A DNA stretch of 64,000 nucleotides from Lama guanicoe (taxonomy: Eukaryota), in assembly GCA_013239625.1 (NCBI GenBank), contig MU053448.1, positions 310,001 to 374,000 on the forward strand. The letters are read 5' to 3'. The translations under genes and the position numbers were made by a program. Below the pieces are notes generated by a model. The model saw nothing but the letters and a program-made list of their open reading frames with translations, searched no databases and was not told the DNA's origin. Shown here one piece after another: positions 44,723 to 56,979 of the stretch (position 1 is its first letter; every line of letters begins with the position of its first letter).

Positions 44723-45884
44723 AGTGAATGCTCTCCAAGCTGCTGGGAGGACTGGCTGCTGTGGGCTCTCACTTCTCTGGCAGTTTCCCTTGGCTGTACA
44801 GGGAAAACCTAGCCAGAGGGTCCCTTGGTGCAACCCTCAGTCCATTGATGCTATTACAAACGAATGTCAAAAAAAAAAAAAAAAGGAATTGTCCTTTAAT
44901 TTCATTCTTGAATTTGTTGATAGCTAATCTATAGAAATAGATTTTTAAATCTTGATCTTGCTGAACACATTTATTAGCTCTAAGAGATATTTAGTAGGCT
45001 CTTCAAGATTTTCTATATAAAGCTTATGTCATCTGCAAATAATTTTACTGCTTCCTTTCCAATCAGGTTGCCTTTTATTTCTTTTTCAAGCTTAATTGCT
45101 TCTGCTTGTTAAATAGGAGTAGCAAGAGCAGACATCATTGTCTTACCCCTGAACTGAAGGGGAAAACTTTCGATCTTTCAACATTAACTATGATGTTGGT
45201 TGTGAGGCTTCTGTTTGTTTGTTTTTCATTTTGTTTTGTCTGTAGATGCCCTTTGTCAGACTGAAGAAGTTTCCTCTTATTTCTAGTCTGTTGAGAAATT
45301 AAAAAAGATCACGAATGGATGTTAGATTTTGTCAAATGATTTTTCTGACTTTACAGAGATGGTCATGTGTTTCCTTCTTTTCCTATTAATTTGGTGTTTT
45401 ACATTGATTGGTTTTCATATGTTGAAACAGCTTTGCATAGCTGGATAAATCCCACTTGATCACTGTGTATGAACTTTTTTATATGCAGCTGGACTTCATT
45501 TGCTGACATTTTGTTGATATTTTTGCATCTGCATTCATAAGGGATAGGTTTGTAGGTTTTTTGTGATGTCTTTGCTAGTTTTGGTATCAGAAGAATACTG
45601 TATTCAGAATGGGTTGGGAAGTGTTCCCTCCTCTTCTATTTTTTTGAAAGACTTTGTGAAGGATTGGTGTTAATTCTTCTTTAAATGCTGGTAGAATTCA
45701 CCAATGAAGCCATCTGGTCCTGAGCTTTTCTCTGTGGGAAGTTTTTTGAATACTAATTCATACTTCTTACTTTCTATAGGACTATTCAGATTTTCTGTTT
45801 CTTCTTAAGTCAGTTTCAGTTTTCATGTCTTTCTAGGAAGTTCTCCATTCCATCTAGGTTATCTAATTTTTGTTCATGTATATA

Positions 45885-46210
45885 TTTTTATTGAAGTTAG
45901 TCAGTATACAATGTTGTGTCAATTTCTGGTGTACAGCACAATAGTTCAGTCATATAGGAACATACATGTATTTGTTTTCATATTCCCTTTCACCATAAGT
46001 TACTACAAGATATTGAATATAGTTCCCTGTGCTATACAGGATAAACTTATGTTTTGTGAGAATCCTCCTGTATTTTGAAATGAGAGACACTCTGCCAGAG
46101 TTCAGTAGGTGTTCTGTGCGATTCAGTGGGTTTGTAGATGCAATTCTTGGTGTATTTGCAGGAGAGGGCAAGCTGTGAGTCTCTCTACTCTGCCATCTTG
46201 GCTCAACCTC
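45885..46210 (-). mobile_element. Mini-L1: L1 5' end fused to L1 3' end
   Basis: Reverse complement begins GGAGGTTGAGCCAAGATGGCAGAGTAG and ends with the L1 3'UTR tail; degenerate TSD CTAATTT..GTT.ATGTAT on both sides. Confidence 0.7.
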
Positions 46211-46835
46211 CTAATTTGTTGATGTATGATTTTTCATAGATTTCCCTTATAATTCCTTTTATTTCTGTGAGGTTGGTGGTAATGTCCCCTCTTTCATTCC
46301 TGATTTTAGTAAGTCGTGTTGTCTTTTTTCTCTTGGTCAGTCTAGAAAAGACTTGCCAATCTTGTTGGTCCTTTCAAAGACCAAACTTTTGGTTTTGTGA
46401 GTTTTCTGCTGTTTTTCTAGTGTCTGTTTCATATTTCCTCTCTAATCTTTATTATTCAGTCCTTCTGTTTGCTTCAGGTTTATTGTGGTCTTCTTTAGTT
46501 AGCCCTTTTTCTAGTTTCTAAGTTGGAAGCTTAGATTATTTTTCTGAGATCCTTCTCTTTAAATGTAGGCATTCACAACTCTAAATTTCTCTCTAAGCAT
46601 TGCTTTTTCTTAATGCCATAAACTTTGGTACTTTGTGTTTTCCCTTTCATTAATCTTGAAAGTGTATTATAATCTATCTTTTGATTTCTTTTTTGGTCTG
46701 TTTGTTTATTGAGTATGTTTTTAAATTTTCACATATTTGAGGATTTACCAAATTTCCTTCTATTATTGATTTCCAGTTTCAATGGCATTAAAATTTATTT
46801 GTTTAATCTCAATCCTTTTCAATTTATCTCTTTTT

Positions 46836-46957
46836 TGGGGGGGTTGGGGGAGGTAATTAGGTTTATTTATTTATTTATTCTTAGAAGTACTGGGGATTGA
46901 ACCCGGGACCTCTTGCATGCTAAGAACCATTCTACCGCTTGAGTTATATCCTCCCCG
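46836..46957 (-). mobile_element. vic-1-type camelid SINE with target-site duplication
   Basis: A/B boxes present; flanking direct repeat CAATCCTTT(T)CAATTTATC at 46810-46828 and 46961-46978. Confidence 0.88.
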
Positions 46958-48876
46958 CAACAATCCTTTCAATTTATCAATGCTTGTTTTATGACCTAAC
47001 ATATGGATTACCCTGAGAAATGGGCCAAGTGCACTTAGGAAGAACATGTGTTCAGCTGTCATTGGGTGAATTGTTCTACAGATGTTTGGTAAGTCTGTTT
47101 GGTTATAGTCCTATTAAAATCGTCTATTTCTTTGTTGAGCTTCTGCCTAGTTCTATCTATTATTGAAAATGAGGTCTCGAAGTCTCCAACTACTACTTTA
47201 AATTGTCTATTCTCCCTTCAATTTTGTCAGTTTCTGCTTCATGTATTTTGATGGTCTGTTATTAGGAATATGTAATGTCCTTCTTTATCTCTTAGAAATG
47301 TTTTATTTAAAGTTTATTATGTCTGATATTAGTAGAGCCACTTTGACTCTTTTTCGTTACTGTTTGCAGGTATATCTTTTTGCATCCTTTTACTTTCAAC
47401 CGATTTTTGTCTTAGAATCTGAAGTGCTTCTCTTACTGATAGCATATTGCTGGATCATGTTTTCTTTTTTCCTTTTTGAATCCATTCAGTCACTCTCTAC
47501 CTTTAGATTGGAGAGTTTAATACATTTATATTTAATGTAAATACTGATAAGTAAGAGCGATGTCTTTGATTTTGCTCTTTTTCAATATGTTGTGTCCTTT
47601 TTGTTATCCTGTTCCTCAGTTACTGTCATTTTATGTTCCATGAATATTGCCTCGTGTACTGTTATGAATTCCTTTCCATTTTTTTAACTACATAATTTTC
47701 AGTTGTTTCCTTAATTAATACCCTGGTGGTCATAGTTAACATTTTAATTTACAGCAATATAATTTGGATTAATACCAACATAATTTCAATATTATGCAAA
47801 AAAGCTTTGCTTCTATATAGCCCTGTTCCTCCCTACTCTTGTGCACCATTGTCATTTACATTCTTACACTTTGTTTGCCCATCGACATACATGTATAATG
47901 ACTGCTTTATGCAGTTGTCTTTCAAATCAGATGGGGAAATAAAGGTACAAAATATATATTTTACTTTCTTTTATATTTACTTACGTAGTTATCTTAATAA
48001 GTGTTCTTTATTTCTTCATTTAACTCCACTTACTGTCTAGTGTGCTTTTATTTCAGCCTGAGAGATTCCTATCAGTATTTCTTATAAGGTAGGTCTATTA
48101 CTCGCACATTCTCTCAGTTTTTGTTTATCTAGAAATGTCTTAATGTTTTATTCATTTTTGAAGGATAGTTTTACTGGATACAGAATCTTGGCTGACTATT
48201 TTTCTCTTAGTGCTTTGAATACATCAGCCTTCTTGCTTCCATTATTTCTAATGAGAAAAGAGCTGTTAGTCTAACTAAGGATGTGTTGTATGTGATAAGT
48301 TGTTTCTTCTTATTGCTTTCAAAATTCTTTCTTTGTGTTTTGGTTTTAAGAATTTAGCTGTAATGTATCTTGGCGTGGATCTCTTCATTTCTCCTCTTGA
48401 GAGTTCGTTGAGCTTCATTGATGTATGTCTTCATGCCTTTCCTCAGATTTGGGAAGTTTTTGGCCTTTATTCAAATATTTTTCAGCCCCTTTCTCTCTCT
48501 CCTCTTCTGCAACTCCCATTATGTGAATATTTGTACACTTGATTTGTACAGATCTCTGAGACTTTGTTCATTTTTCCCTTTGTTCTTTTTTCATTTTTTT
48601 CCTCAGACTAGATAATTTCAATTGACCTGCCTTCAAGTTCCTGACATTTTTTTCTTTTTCCTGCTTGAATCTGCTGTTCTGCCCCTCCAGTGAAATCTTC
48701 ATTTCAGTTTTTACACTTTTCAACACCAGAATTTCTATTTGGCTCATTTTTATAATTCGTATCTCTTAACTAATGTTCTCTATTTGATAAGATACCGTTC
48801 TTAACATTTCCTGTAAACATGGTATTCTTTAGGTCTTTGAATATATTAAAATAGCTGATTTTACATATTTGTCTAA

Positions 48877-49935
48877 TGGAAGCAGCCTAAATGTCTATCG
48901 ACAGATGACTGGATACAGCAGATGTGGCATATTTATACAATGTAATACTATTCAACCATAAAAAATGACAACATAACGCCATTTGCAGCAATGTGGATGT
49001 CCCTGGAGAATGTCATTCTAAGTGAAGTAAGCCAGAAAGAGTAAGAAAAATACCATATGTGCAATCTAAAAAAGAAAAGAAAATAAAAGACAAATGAACC
49101 TAAATACAAAACAGAAACAGATTCATAGACATAGAATACAAACTTGTGGTTGCCAGGGGTGAGGCGGGTGGGAAGGGACAGACTGAGAGTTCAAAATCTG
49201 TAGATACTGACAGGTATATATAGAATAGAAAAACAAGATTATACTGTATAGCACAGGGAAATACATACAAGATCTTGTGGTAGCTCACAGTGAAAAAAAT
49301 GTGACAGTGAATATATGTATGTTCATGTATAACTGAAAAATTGTGCTCTACACTGGAAATTGACACAACATTGTAAACTGACTATAACTCCATAAAATAA
49401 AATAAAATAAAATAAGTAGTTGTGGTATATTTATACATGGAATACTAGTCAGTCATAAAAAAGAATAGAATAATGTAATTTGCAGCAACGTGGATGGACC
49501 TAGAGATTGTCGTTCTAAGTAAAGTAAGCCAGAAGGAGAAAAAAAATACCATATGATATCACTCATATGTGGAATCTAAAAAAAAGGAAAAAAGAGGATG
49601 CTAATGAACTCAACTATAAAACAGAAACATACTCACAGACATAGTAAACAATCTTACCATTACCAGGGGAAAGAGGGTGGGAATGGATAAATGTAGGAGT
49701 TTGAGATTTGCAAATGTTAGCCACTATATATAAAAACAGATTTAAAAAACAAGTTTCTTTTGTATAGCACAGGGAAGAACTATATTTAATATCTTATAAT
49801 AACCTTTAATAAAAAAGAATATGAAAATGTATATATGTATGTATATACATGTCTGGGACATTGTGCTGTACACCAGAAATTGACAGATTGTAACTGACTG
49901 TACTTCAATTAAAAAAAAATAAAATCATGAAAAAA
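48877..49935 (+). mobile_element. Two tandem lineage-specific L1 3' ends
   Basis: Two successive ORF2-end/3'UTR/A-tail units (48877-49414, 49415-49935); flanks ATATTTGTCTA / ATCTTTGTCTA. Confidence 0.85.
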
Positions 49936-50811
49936 ATCTTTGTCTAGTAAGTCCAACATCTGGGCTTCCTTGGGAATAGTTTCTACTGACTGCCTCCCGC
50001 TGACTGGTTTATAGGCCATATTTCTTTAAATGTCTCATATTTTTTGCTGAAAACTAGACATTTGAAATAATATAAGAGGCAACTCTATAAACCAAATTCT
50101 TTCCCTTCTCCAGGGTTGCTGCTACTTGTTTTTGTCTAGTGAACTTTCCAAACTAATTCTATAAAGTGTATATTCTTTGTCATGTGTGACCACTGAAGTC
50201 TCTGTTCTGCTCACTTAGTACTCAGTTAATGATTGAACAGAGATTTCCTTAGATGCCTGGAACAAAAACCTCTTCCAATCTTTGCCAAGGAACTCTGTGC
50301 AAGCTAGGGCATGCTTTCAACACTAAGGCAGTTGACAGTTCTGCTTTAGCCTTCACTTCCTGCTTGCACAGAGCCTCATGGTCACCCACAGGTGAAATGT
50401 TAGGTCCTCCTCTGGTATTTCCTGAGCATGCACACAGCCTGCACATGCATGTGGCCTTCTAGATTCCTAGGGACATATCGGAACTTTTCAAAGCCCCTAT
50501 GGACATCTCATTTTTGATGTGTTAAATTTTTTTGTCTATTGTTTGCCCCAAATGTTAATTCACTGCCTCAGGCAGCTGCAAAGTTAAATATTTGCCTGTA
50601 ATTTTCTAAAACGAACACCTTCAGGGAGAAGACTTTTTGCCCTGGAAGAGGTACAAATCATTTCAAATACACCCTTGCAAATGGAGTCTTTGAGTGAATC
50701 ACCAGACAGGTAAAATAATGACAGTTCTTTGGAAATGAAACTTTGAAAGAGCTCCAGCCCCATTGTTCCGCCAGTGCCTGCCAAACTTCTTGATTGCACA
50801 TTTAAACAAAA

Positions 50812-50896
50812 ATTTTTAGTGGAGGTACTGGGGATTGAACCCAGGACCTCATGCATGCTAAGCATGGGCTCTACCACTGAGCTATACCCCCTCCCC
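50812..50896 (-). mobile_element. vic-1-type camelid SINE
   Basis: Reverse complement GGGGAGGGGTATAGCTCAGTGGTAGAGCCCATGCTTAGCATGCATGAGGTCCTGGGTTCAATCCCCAGTACCTCC. Confidence 0.88.
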
Positions 50897-51119
50897 ACAA
50901 AAGTTGCTTTTTAAAAGTTTCCTGATGTTTGTTACTGAGGTGCATCTTGCAATCATAATGAAAGCTACAAGGGCTGCTCCAGCCACGACACTGGCCCCCA
51001 TCATCATCGTCAGGGAAATATCCACAGGGATGCCACAACCAGTGTGGGCTCAGGTGAGTGCCCTAGGCATTCCCAGCTAATAGCATCACTACAGGTATGC
51101 TGAGACCGACAAAATAAGA

Positions 51120-52985
51120 TGTCAAAGTTTCAAGTATGAGTGCCTATACTTACTGGACCCAAAGTCTCCAGGTTCAAAAGATAGAGAACTGCTCACTGGG
51201 TGTCCAGGGCTGACCTCCTCTTATTGGCATCAAAGTCTAGGTCCACACTAGAGGGACAAACCAGAATACACAAAGGTTGGGCACCTCTGCTTGTGGGATC
51301 TCATGCATCTAGGTTACAAGTATTGGCAACTATTCTGAGACTAAGGACTTGTTTTTCTTCTTGGGAAGCAGGACTTTAGGTTCCTAATATGGGCTGCTTC
51401 TCTCAGCTCAGCAAAGCCCATTCTGTTCTGCTTGTTGATCTCTGGCGTCTGGGAACCAACTATGAGCAACAAGGCCTTGTGTCCTCTGTCAACACAAAGA
51501 TTCAGTATCTTAGGGCTCTACTCAAGTTTGGAAGAATAATCCCAAAGCAGCAAGACCTGGTCAAATCCCCGTGTTAAAATGAGCCTCTAGTTTCTGAGTA
51601 TGATCCACTACTCCTCAAGCATCAAAATTTCTTTTCTTTCTCTTTTTAAACACCTTTATTGTGGTGTGGTTCCTGTACAGTAAACTACACATATTTCAGA
51701 TGCACAATTTAATGAACTTTGATAGATGTGTACAGCCACGAAACCACCACCACAATCAAGATAGCTAACGTCTCCAGTAGTCCCCAAGAGGTTCAATTTT
51801 CAAATCCCCAATTTAATAACAGAAACAGACTCATCATAGACACAGAGAGCAAACTTATGGTTACCTGGGGTTAAAGTGAGTGGGAAGGGATAAGTTGGAA
51901 AAACTTTTTCTGCTTGCGGAATCCAAAATCTCTAGGGTTTGAGTAAGACAATCGACTTCCAAAGCACTGTTTTCTTCAGCTTCTTGAATCTCAGGTCTCT
52001 AGTTCTGGATTTGGGCAGCTGCTGTAAGGACATCATATCTTGTCTCCTCATCTTACTACATCCCAGGTAACTACGTTCTGAGTATCACAACTACACTCAG
52101 GGCATCCGTGTCTCATCCCATTTGTTGGATAGATCCCAGATCTCCATGTTCTGAGTATGGGCACATAACTTCGGGGTCACCAAGACCACATCTCCTCTGC
52201 TTGTTGGGATCCTGGTTTCTAAGTTCAGATTTTGAGAAATTACTCCTGCAGCACCAAGAATTTGCCTCGTTCACTCCTTGTTTTCCAAGTCTGTAAGTCT
52301 TGAGTATGTACACCTTCTAAGGCACAGGACTTTGTCTCCCTGCTTTATGATTCCCAGTTTAATAGGAACTACCCCCAGGTCATCAGAGCTGTGTCTTCTT
52401 TGCTTACTGTACCCAGATCTGTCATCTGAGTATAGGCCACTACTCTCAGGGCACAAAAGTCTTGCGTTCTCTGCTTGTAAGAGTCCAGATCTCCACGTTG
52501 AGTTGGGGCAACTCCTTCCTGGGCGAAAAGGGCTCATATATTGCTGCTTCTTGGATCCCAGATCTTTAGAGTCCAGAAAGTGTTACATGCTCTTAAGGCA
52601 CCAGGTCTCTTTTCTTCTATTTGTTGGATCTCATATCTTTAAGTTCTGAATATGGGTAAATCATCTCCAGACACAGAAGCACAGGCTCCCTTCCTAGTTG
52701 GGATCCAGGTCTCTAAGTTCTGGGAATGAGCCTCAACTCTCTGTGCAACAAGGCCACTATTCCTTTCCTTCCTATCCTGGTAGATCCCAGACTTCTAAGT
52801 TCTGAACATGGGTAATTTCCCTAGAGTAAACAGCCTCATCTCCCCTGCTTGTTGGTCCCAGACTCAGAGCCCAGTATGAACACTTACTCCTGGGAATTTA
52901 AGCCTTGTCTCTCAGACTTGGGATCCCCAGGTATCTAGGTTCCAAGTATGAGCAACTACTTTCATGTCACAGGGCTTTCTCACTC
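51120..52985. repeat. Degenerate tandem repeat, ~70-75 bp period, ~22 units
   Basis: Recurring CTGCTTGTTGGATCCCAGATCTCTAAGTTCTGAGTATGGGCAACTACTC-like unit; interrupted by an L1 fragment at ~51629-51900. Confidence 0.85.
51629..51900 (-). mobile_element. L1 3' end with 5' inversion
   Basis: Antisense tail 51629-51814, then the adjacent 3'UTR segment in sense orientation 51815-51899; the two are collinear in the 39124 copy. Confidence 0.8.
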
Positions 52986-53073
52986 TATCATTGCTTTAGC
53001 TCTCAGTTTCTATTTGCATTTGACCCTAGAGATAGTCTTGAAGTTTTTTAACTTGCTTATATTTAGACTGCAA

Positions 53074-53626
53074 TGTTGCAGGAGAATAGGGGGAGAGAGA
53101 GGATGGTCATGTCCCAGGTCTTGAGGGAGTCCCTGGGATGCATCACCAAGTGAGGGTCCTTGGCTTCAAGCATGAAAGCATTCAAGAGCAAGCCATAGAA
53201 AGTTGAAAGTGAGTTTAGTTAGAGAGGTACACGTTCCACAGGCAGAGAAGAATGTGGACTGTCTCAGAAGGTGAAAGCAGCCACAGGGTACAAGGGTGGT
53301 CAGTTTTATGGGCAGGGTAATTTCATAGGCCAACAGGTAGGAGGATTATTCCAACTATTTTGGGGAAGGGGGCAGGAATTTCCAGGAATTGGGCCACTGC
53401 TCACTTTCTGGCCTTTTATGACCAGCCTCAGAACTGTCATGGTAACTGTGGGTGTGTCATTTAGCAGCTAATATATTGCAATGAGCCTACAATGAGGCCC
53501 AAGGTCTACTGGAAGTTGAACCTTCTGCCATCTTGGGCCTAGTTGGTTCTAACCAGCATTTGTCCTACCTTCAATGGCTGTGTTACTCTTTTAATGGTTG
53601 TGCCTTGTCTCCTTCCTTCCTGCTCA
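53074..53626 (-). mobile_element. Solo LTR, ERV1-like (third copy of the family)
   Basis: TGTTGCAGGAGAA...CCTGCTCA; reverse-complement homology to 2407-3081. Confidence 0.82.
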
Positions 53627-53701
53627 GTGATACCATTTCCAATATATCTAGGTGTTTTTAAGTGGCAGGGTTCTTTTTTTTCCCAGAAAAATCTATTCTA
53701 T

Positions 53702-55642
53702 TACTCCACACAAAAGCTAATAGAGCTGATAAATGAATTCAGCAAGGTACAAAATTAACATACAGAAATCTGTTGCATTTCTTTACATTAACAATGAAAT
53801 ATCAGAAAAGGAAAGGAAAGAAATAATACCTTTTAAAATCACATGAAAAATACTTAGGAATAAACCTAATCAAGGAGGTGAAAGACTTACATGTGAAGAA
53901 CTACAAACATTGATTAATGAAATTAAAGATGATTTAAAGAAATAGGAAGATATCCCATGATCTTGAATTGGAAGAATTAATATTGTTAAAATGACCATAC
54001 TACCCAAAGCAATCTACACATTTAATGCAATCCCTATCAAATTACCCAGAATATTTTTTTCACAGAACTAAACCAAATAAGCCTAAAATTTATATGGAAT
54101 CACAAAAGACCCGGAATTGCCAAAACAATACTGAAGAAAAAGAATGAAGCAGGAGGCATAAACCTCCTTGACTTCAGACAATACTGCAGAGCTACAGGAA
54201 TCAAAATAGTATAGAACACACCTATATCAATTAATGATCAACAAAGGAGGCAAGAATATACAATGGAGAAAACACAGTCTTTTCAACAAGTGGTGTTGGG
54301 AAAGCTGGACAGCTGTATTTACATCAATGAAGTTAGAACACTCCCTCACACCACACACAAAAGTAAACTTGACAGGGCTTAAAGATTTAAACATAAGACA
54401 AGACACCATTAGCCTCCTAGAAGAGAACACAGGCAAAACATTCTCTGATATAAGTTGTAGCAACGTTCTCCTAGGGCAGTCTACCAAGGCAATAGAAATA
54501 AAGGCAAAAATAAACAGATGGAACCTAATTGAACTTATAAGCTTTTGCACAGCAAAGGAAGCTATAAGCAAAGTGAAAAGACAGCCTATGGAATGGAAGA
54601 AAATTTTTGCAAATAATGCAACTGACAATGGCTTAATTTCCAAAATATACAAACAGCTCATACAGCTCAATATCAAAAAAACAAACAATCCAATCCAAAT
54701 ATGGGCAGAAGACCTAAACAAGCATTTCTCCAATTAAGACATACAAATGGCCAATAGGCACATGAACAAATGCTCAGTATTGCTAGTTATCAGAGAAATG
54801 CAAATCAAAACTACAATGAGGTATCACCTCACACCAGTCAGAATGGCCATCTTTCAAAAGTCCACAAACAATAAATGCTGGGGAGGGTGTGGAGAAAAGG
54901 GAACCCTCCTACTCTGTTGGTGGAGGAATGAAGTTTGGTGGAGTCATTATGGAAAACAGTATGGAGATACATTAAAAAACTAAAAATAGACTTACCACAT
55001 GATCCAGCAATCCCATTCCTGGGCATAATCTGGAGGGAACTCTAACTCAAAAAGATACATGCACCCCAATGTTTGTAGCAGCACTATTTACAACAGCCAA
55101 GACATGGAAACAACCTAAATATCCATCGACATATGATTAGATATAGAAGCTGTGGTATATAGACACAATGAAATACTGCTCAACCATATAAAAGAATGAA
55201 ATAATGCCACTTGCAGCAAAATCGATGGATCTGGAGATCGTCTTACTAAGTGAAGTAAGCCAGAAAGAGAAAGAAAAATATCATATGATTTCATGTATAT
55301 GTGGAATCTAAAAAAATGACACAAATGAATTTATGTACAAAACAGAAACAGACTCACAGACACAGAAAACAAGCTTATGGTCACCAGTGGGGAGTGGGGG
55401 TGGGGAGGGATAATTTGGGAGTTCAGGATTTGCAGATAGTAACTAATATATATAAAACTGATTTAAAAAAAACAAGGTCCTACTTTATAGTACAAGGAAT
55501 AATATTCAATACTTTATAATAGCCTATAATGAAAAAGAACATGAAAAGGGATATATATATGTATGTACAACTGAATCACTATGCTGTACACCAGAAAGTC
55601 ACACAACATTGTAAATCAACTATACTTCAATTAAAAAAAGAG
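53702..55642 (+). mobile_element. 5'-truncated lineage-specific L1 with TSD
   Basis: ORF2 fragments ([39 protein letters not shown]), 3'UTR, A-tail; TSD AATCTATTCTAT at 53690-53701 and 55643-55654. Confidence 0.92.
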
Positions 55643-56609
55643 AATCTATTCTATCATATTTCCAGAAATCAAGATTTTCTAAATTTTTGACTAAATGTTT
55701 ACACTTCATTTTTTTGGAGTAAAGTCTTATTTATATTTAAGAATACAATTTAATCTTAATATGCTTAGAAAATTAGAAAATACAGATGAGCATAACTAAG
55801 TAAATGATAACAAATTTTCCCACTGTCCAAAGTTTATCTGTATTAACCCCTTACAACATACATTTGCAGACCTTTTTCTATGTGTGCATACATACATATA
55901 CAGTTTTGCTTAAACGTTTTCGTCCTGTACTTGCTTTCCACTTGTTTTTTCCTCACCAATGATGTCTACCTTTTAAATATCAGTATAAAGTCACATAATT
56001 TAAAACCCAAATCTTACTCAGATTTTTTTCTATTTTCCTCCAAATGGTTTTTAAATGTGAAATTGTCAAAAGTATACAACCCAGGACTCTGCATTTACAT
56101 TTGGTCTCTTAAGTGCCTTATGTGTCTCTTAATTCTTTTTTTGTCTAATTCAGACTCTTTCACACCATTGACTTGTTGATGAGACTAGGTCGGATTATTT
56201 TCTTGTGATGAGTTTAGCTTGTTCCTCTAATTCCTATGTTTCTTATAACTCAAAACATATGAGCCTGAAGACTTGATAGATTTAATGAAAACATTAAAAA
56301 AATACTAGAATGTGTCATGGGTGATATTGTGCATTTCATACTGTGTCAGAAGACTCAAAATATCTAGTTGACCTTTCAGAAGTGGTACTAAGAGTGTCCA
56401 CTGGGTTAGGATGATGTCAGTCGAGACAATTAAGGTTTTCCCCTTGTGACTAGAAAGCCATCTGGTTAGTGTTGCTGTAGGAATGCCCAGTTCCCCATCA
56501 ACCACTGAATTCATCATGAGTGGCCTGAGTCAATGTCATTAGGAATTGCAAAACAATCCTTCCCTATAAGGCATTACTTTTACATTTATTATCTGGCTTA
56601 TTCTTAAAA

Positions 56610-56950
56610 GAGTATCATCAGAATAGGTGGAGATATGCTGCAGTAACAACTGGTGAATCCCAATGACCAAAAAAACCCACAAAAGTTTGTTTCTTGGTCA
56701 AGCTACATGTCAAACATGTGTTGATTGTGGGATCTCTGGTCTCACAATCACTTACGGACTCAGACTGATGGAGGTTCAAATTCAACACCTGCTCCTACAA
56801 TTGTCATGCAGAGTAAAAGAATGCTAGAGGGCCTCCCATCAGCAACTTAATGTTCTAGTCTGGAAGTGACACACGCCACTACTACCCATGACTCACTAAC
56901 ATGAGACTGCCTCACTTCAAGAGGAAATACGATCTTTCCATGTGCCTGGC
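56610..56950. mobile_element. MaLR (MLT1-like) LTR remnant
   Basis: ATGCTGCAGTAACAAC..AAAGTTTGTTTCTTG..GGAAGTGACACACGCCACT. Confidence 0.6.
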
Positions 56951-56979
56951 AAGGAAGAGGAATTGTTGCTGGTGCTACT

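Larger units (their letters stand above)
44885..50800 (-). mobile_element. Long degraded old L1 (ORF2 to 5' region) carrying younger nested insertions
   Basis: Continuous antisense L1 ORF2, ORF1 and 5' motifs interrupted at ~45885, ~46836 and ~48877. Confidence 0.82.

Noticed and set aside
50812..50896. tRNA-like sequences here and at 1127, 15527, 46836, 60030
   Set aside because: A/B boxes belong to SINE heads with A-rich tails (and a clear TSD at 46836); no intact cloverleaf
52108..52649. ORFs within the array as a repeat-protein gene
   Set aside because: Unit lengths vary by non-multiples of three, ORFs are short and occur on both strands; at most a decayed relic
51120..52985. Tandem array read as a CRISPR array or a box C/D snoRNA cluster (tempting given the PWS neighbourhood)
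   Set aside because: Whole units are homologous and degenerate, with no identical repeats or unique spacers and no cas genes; CTGA recurs but there is no recurring RTGATGA box C or terminal stem
54227..55026. L1 ORF2-like ORFs as an active retrotransposon
   Set aside because: 5'-truncated with stops and frameshifts; no intact ORF1/ORF2 anywhere in the window
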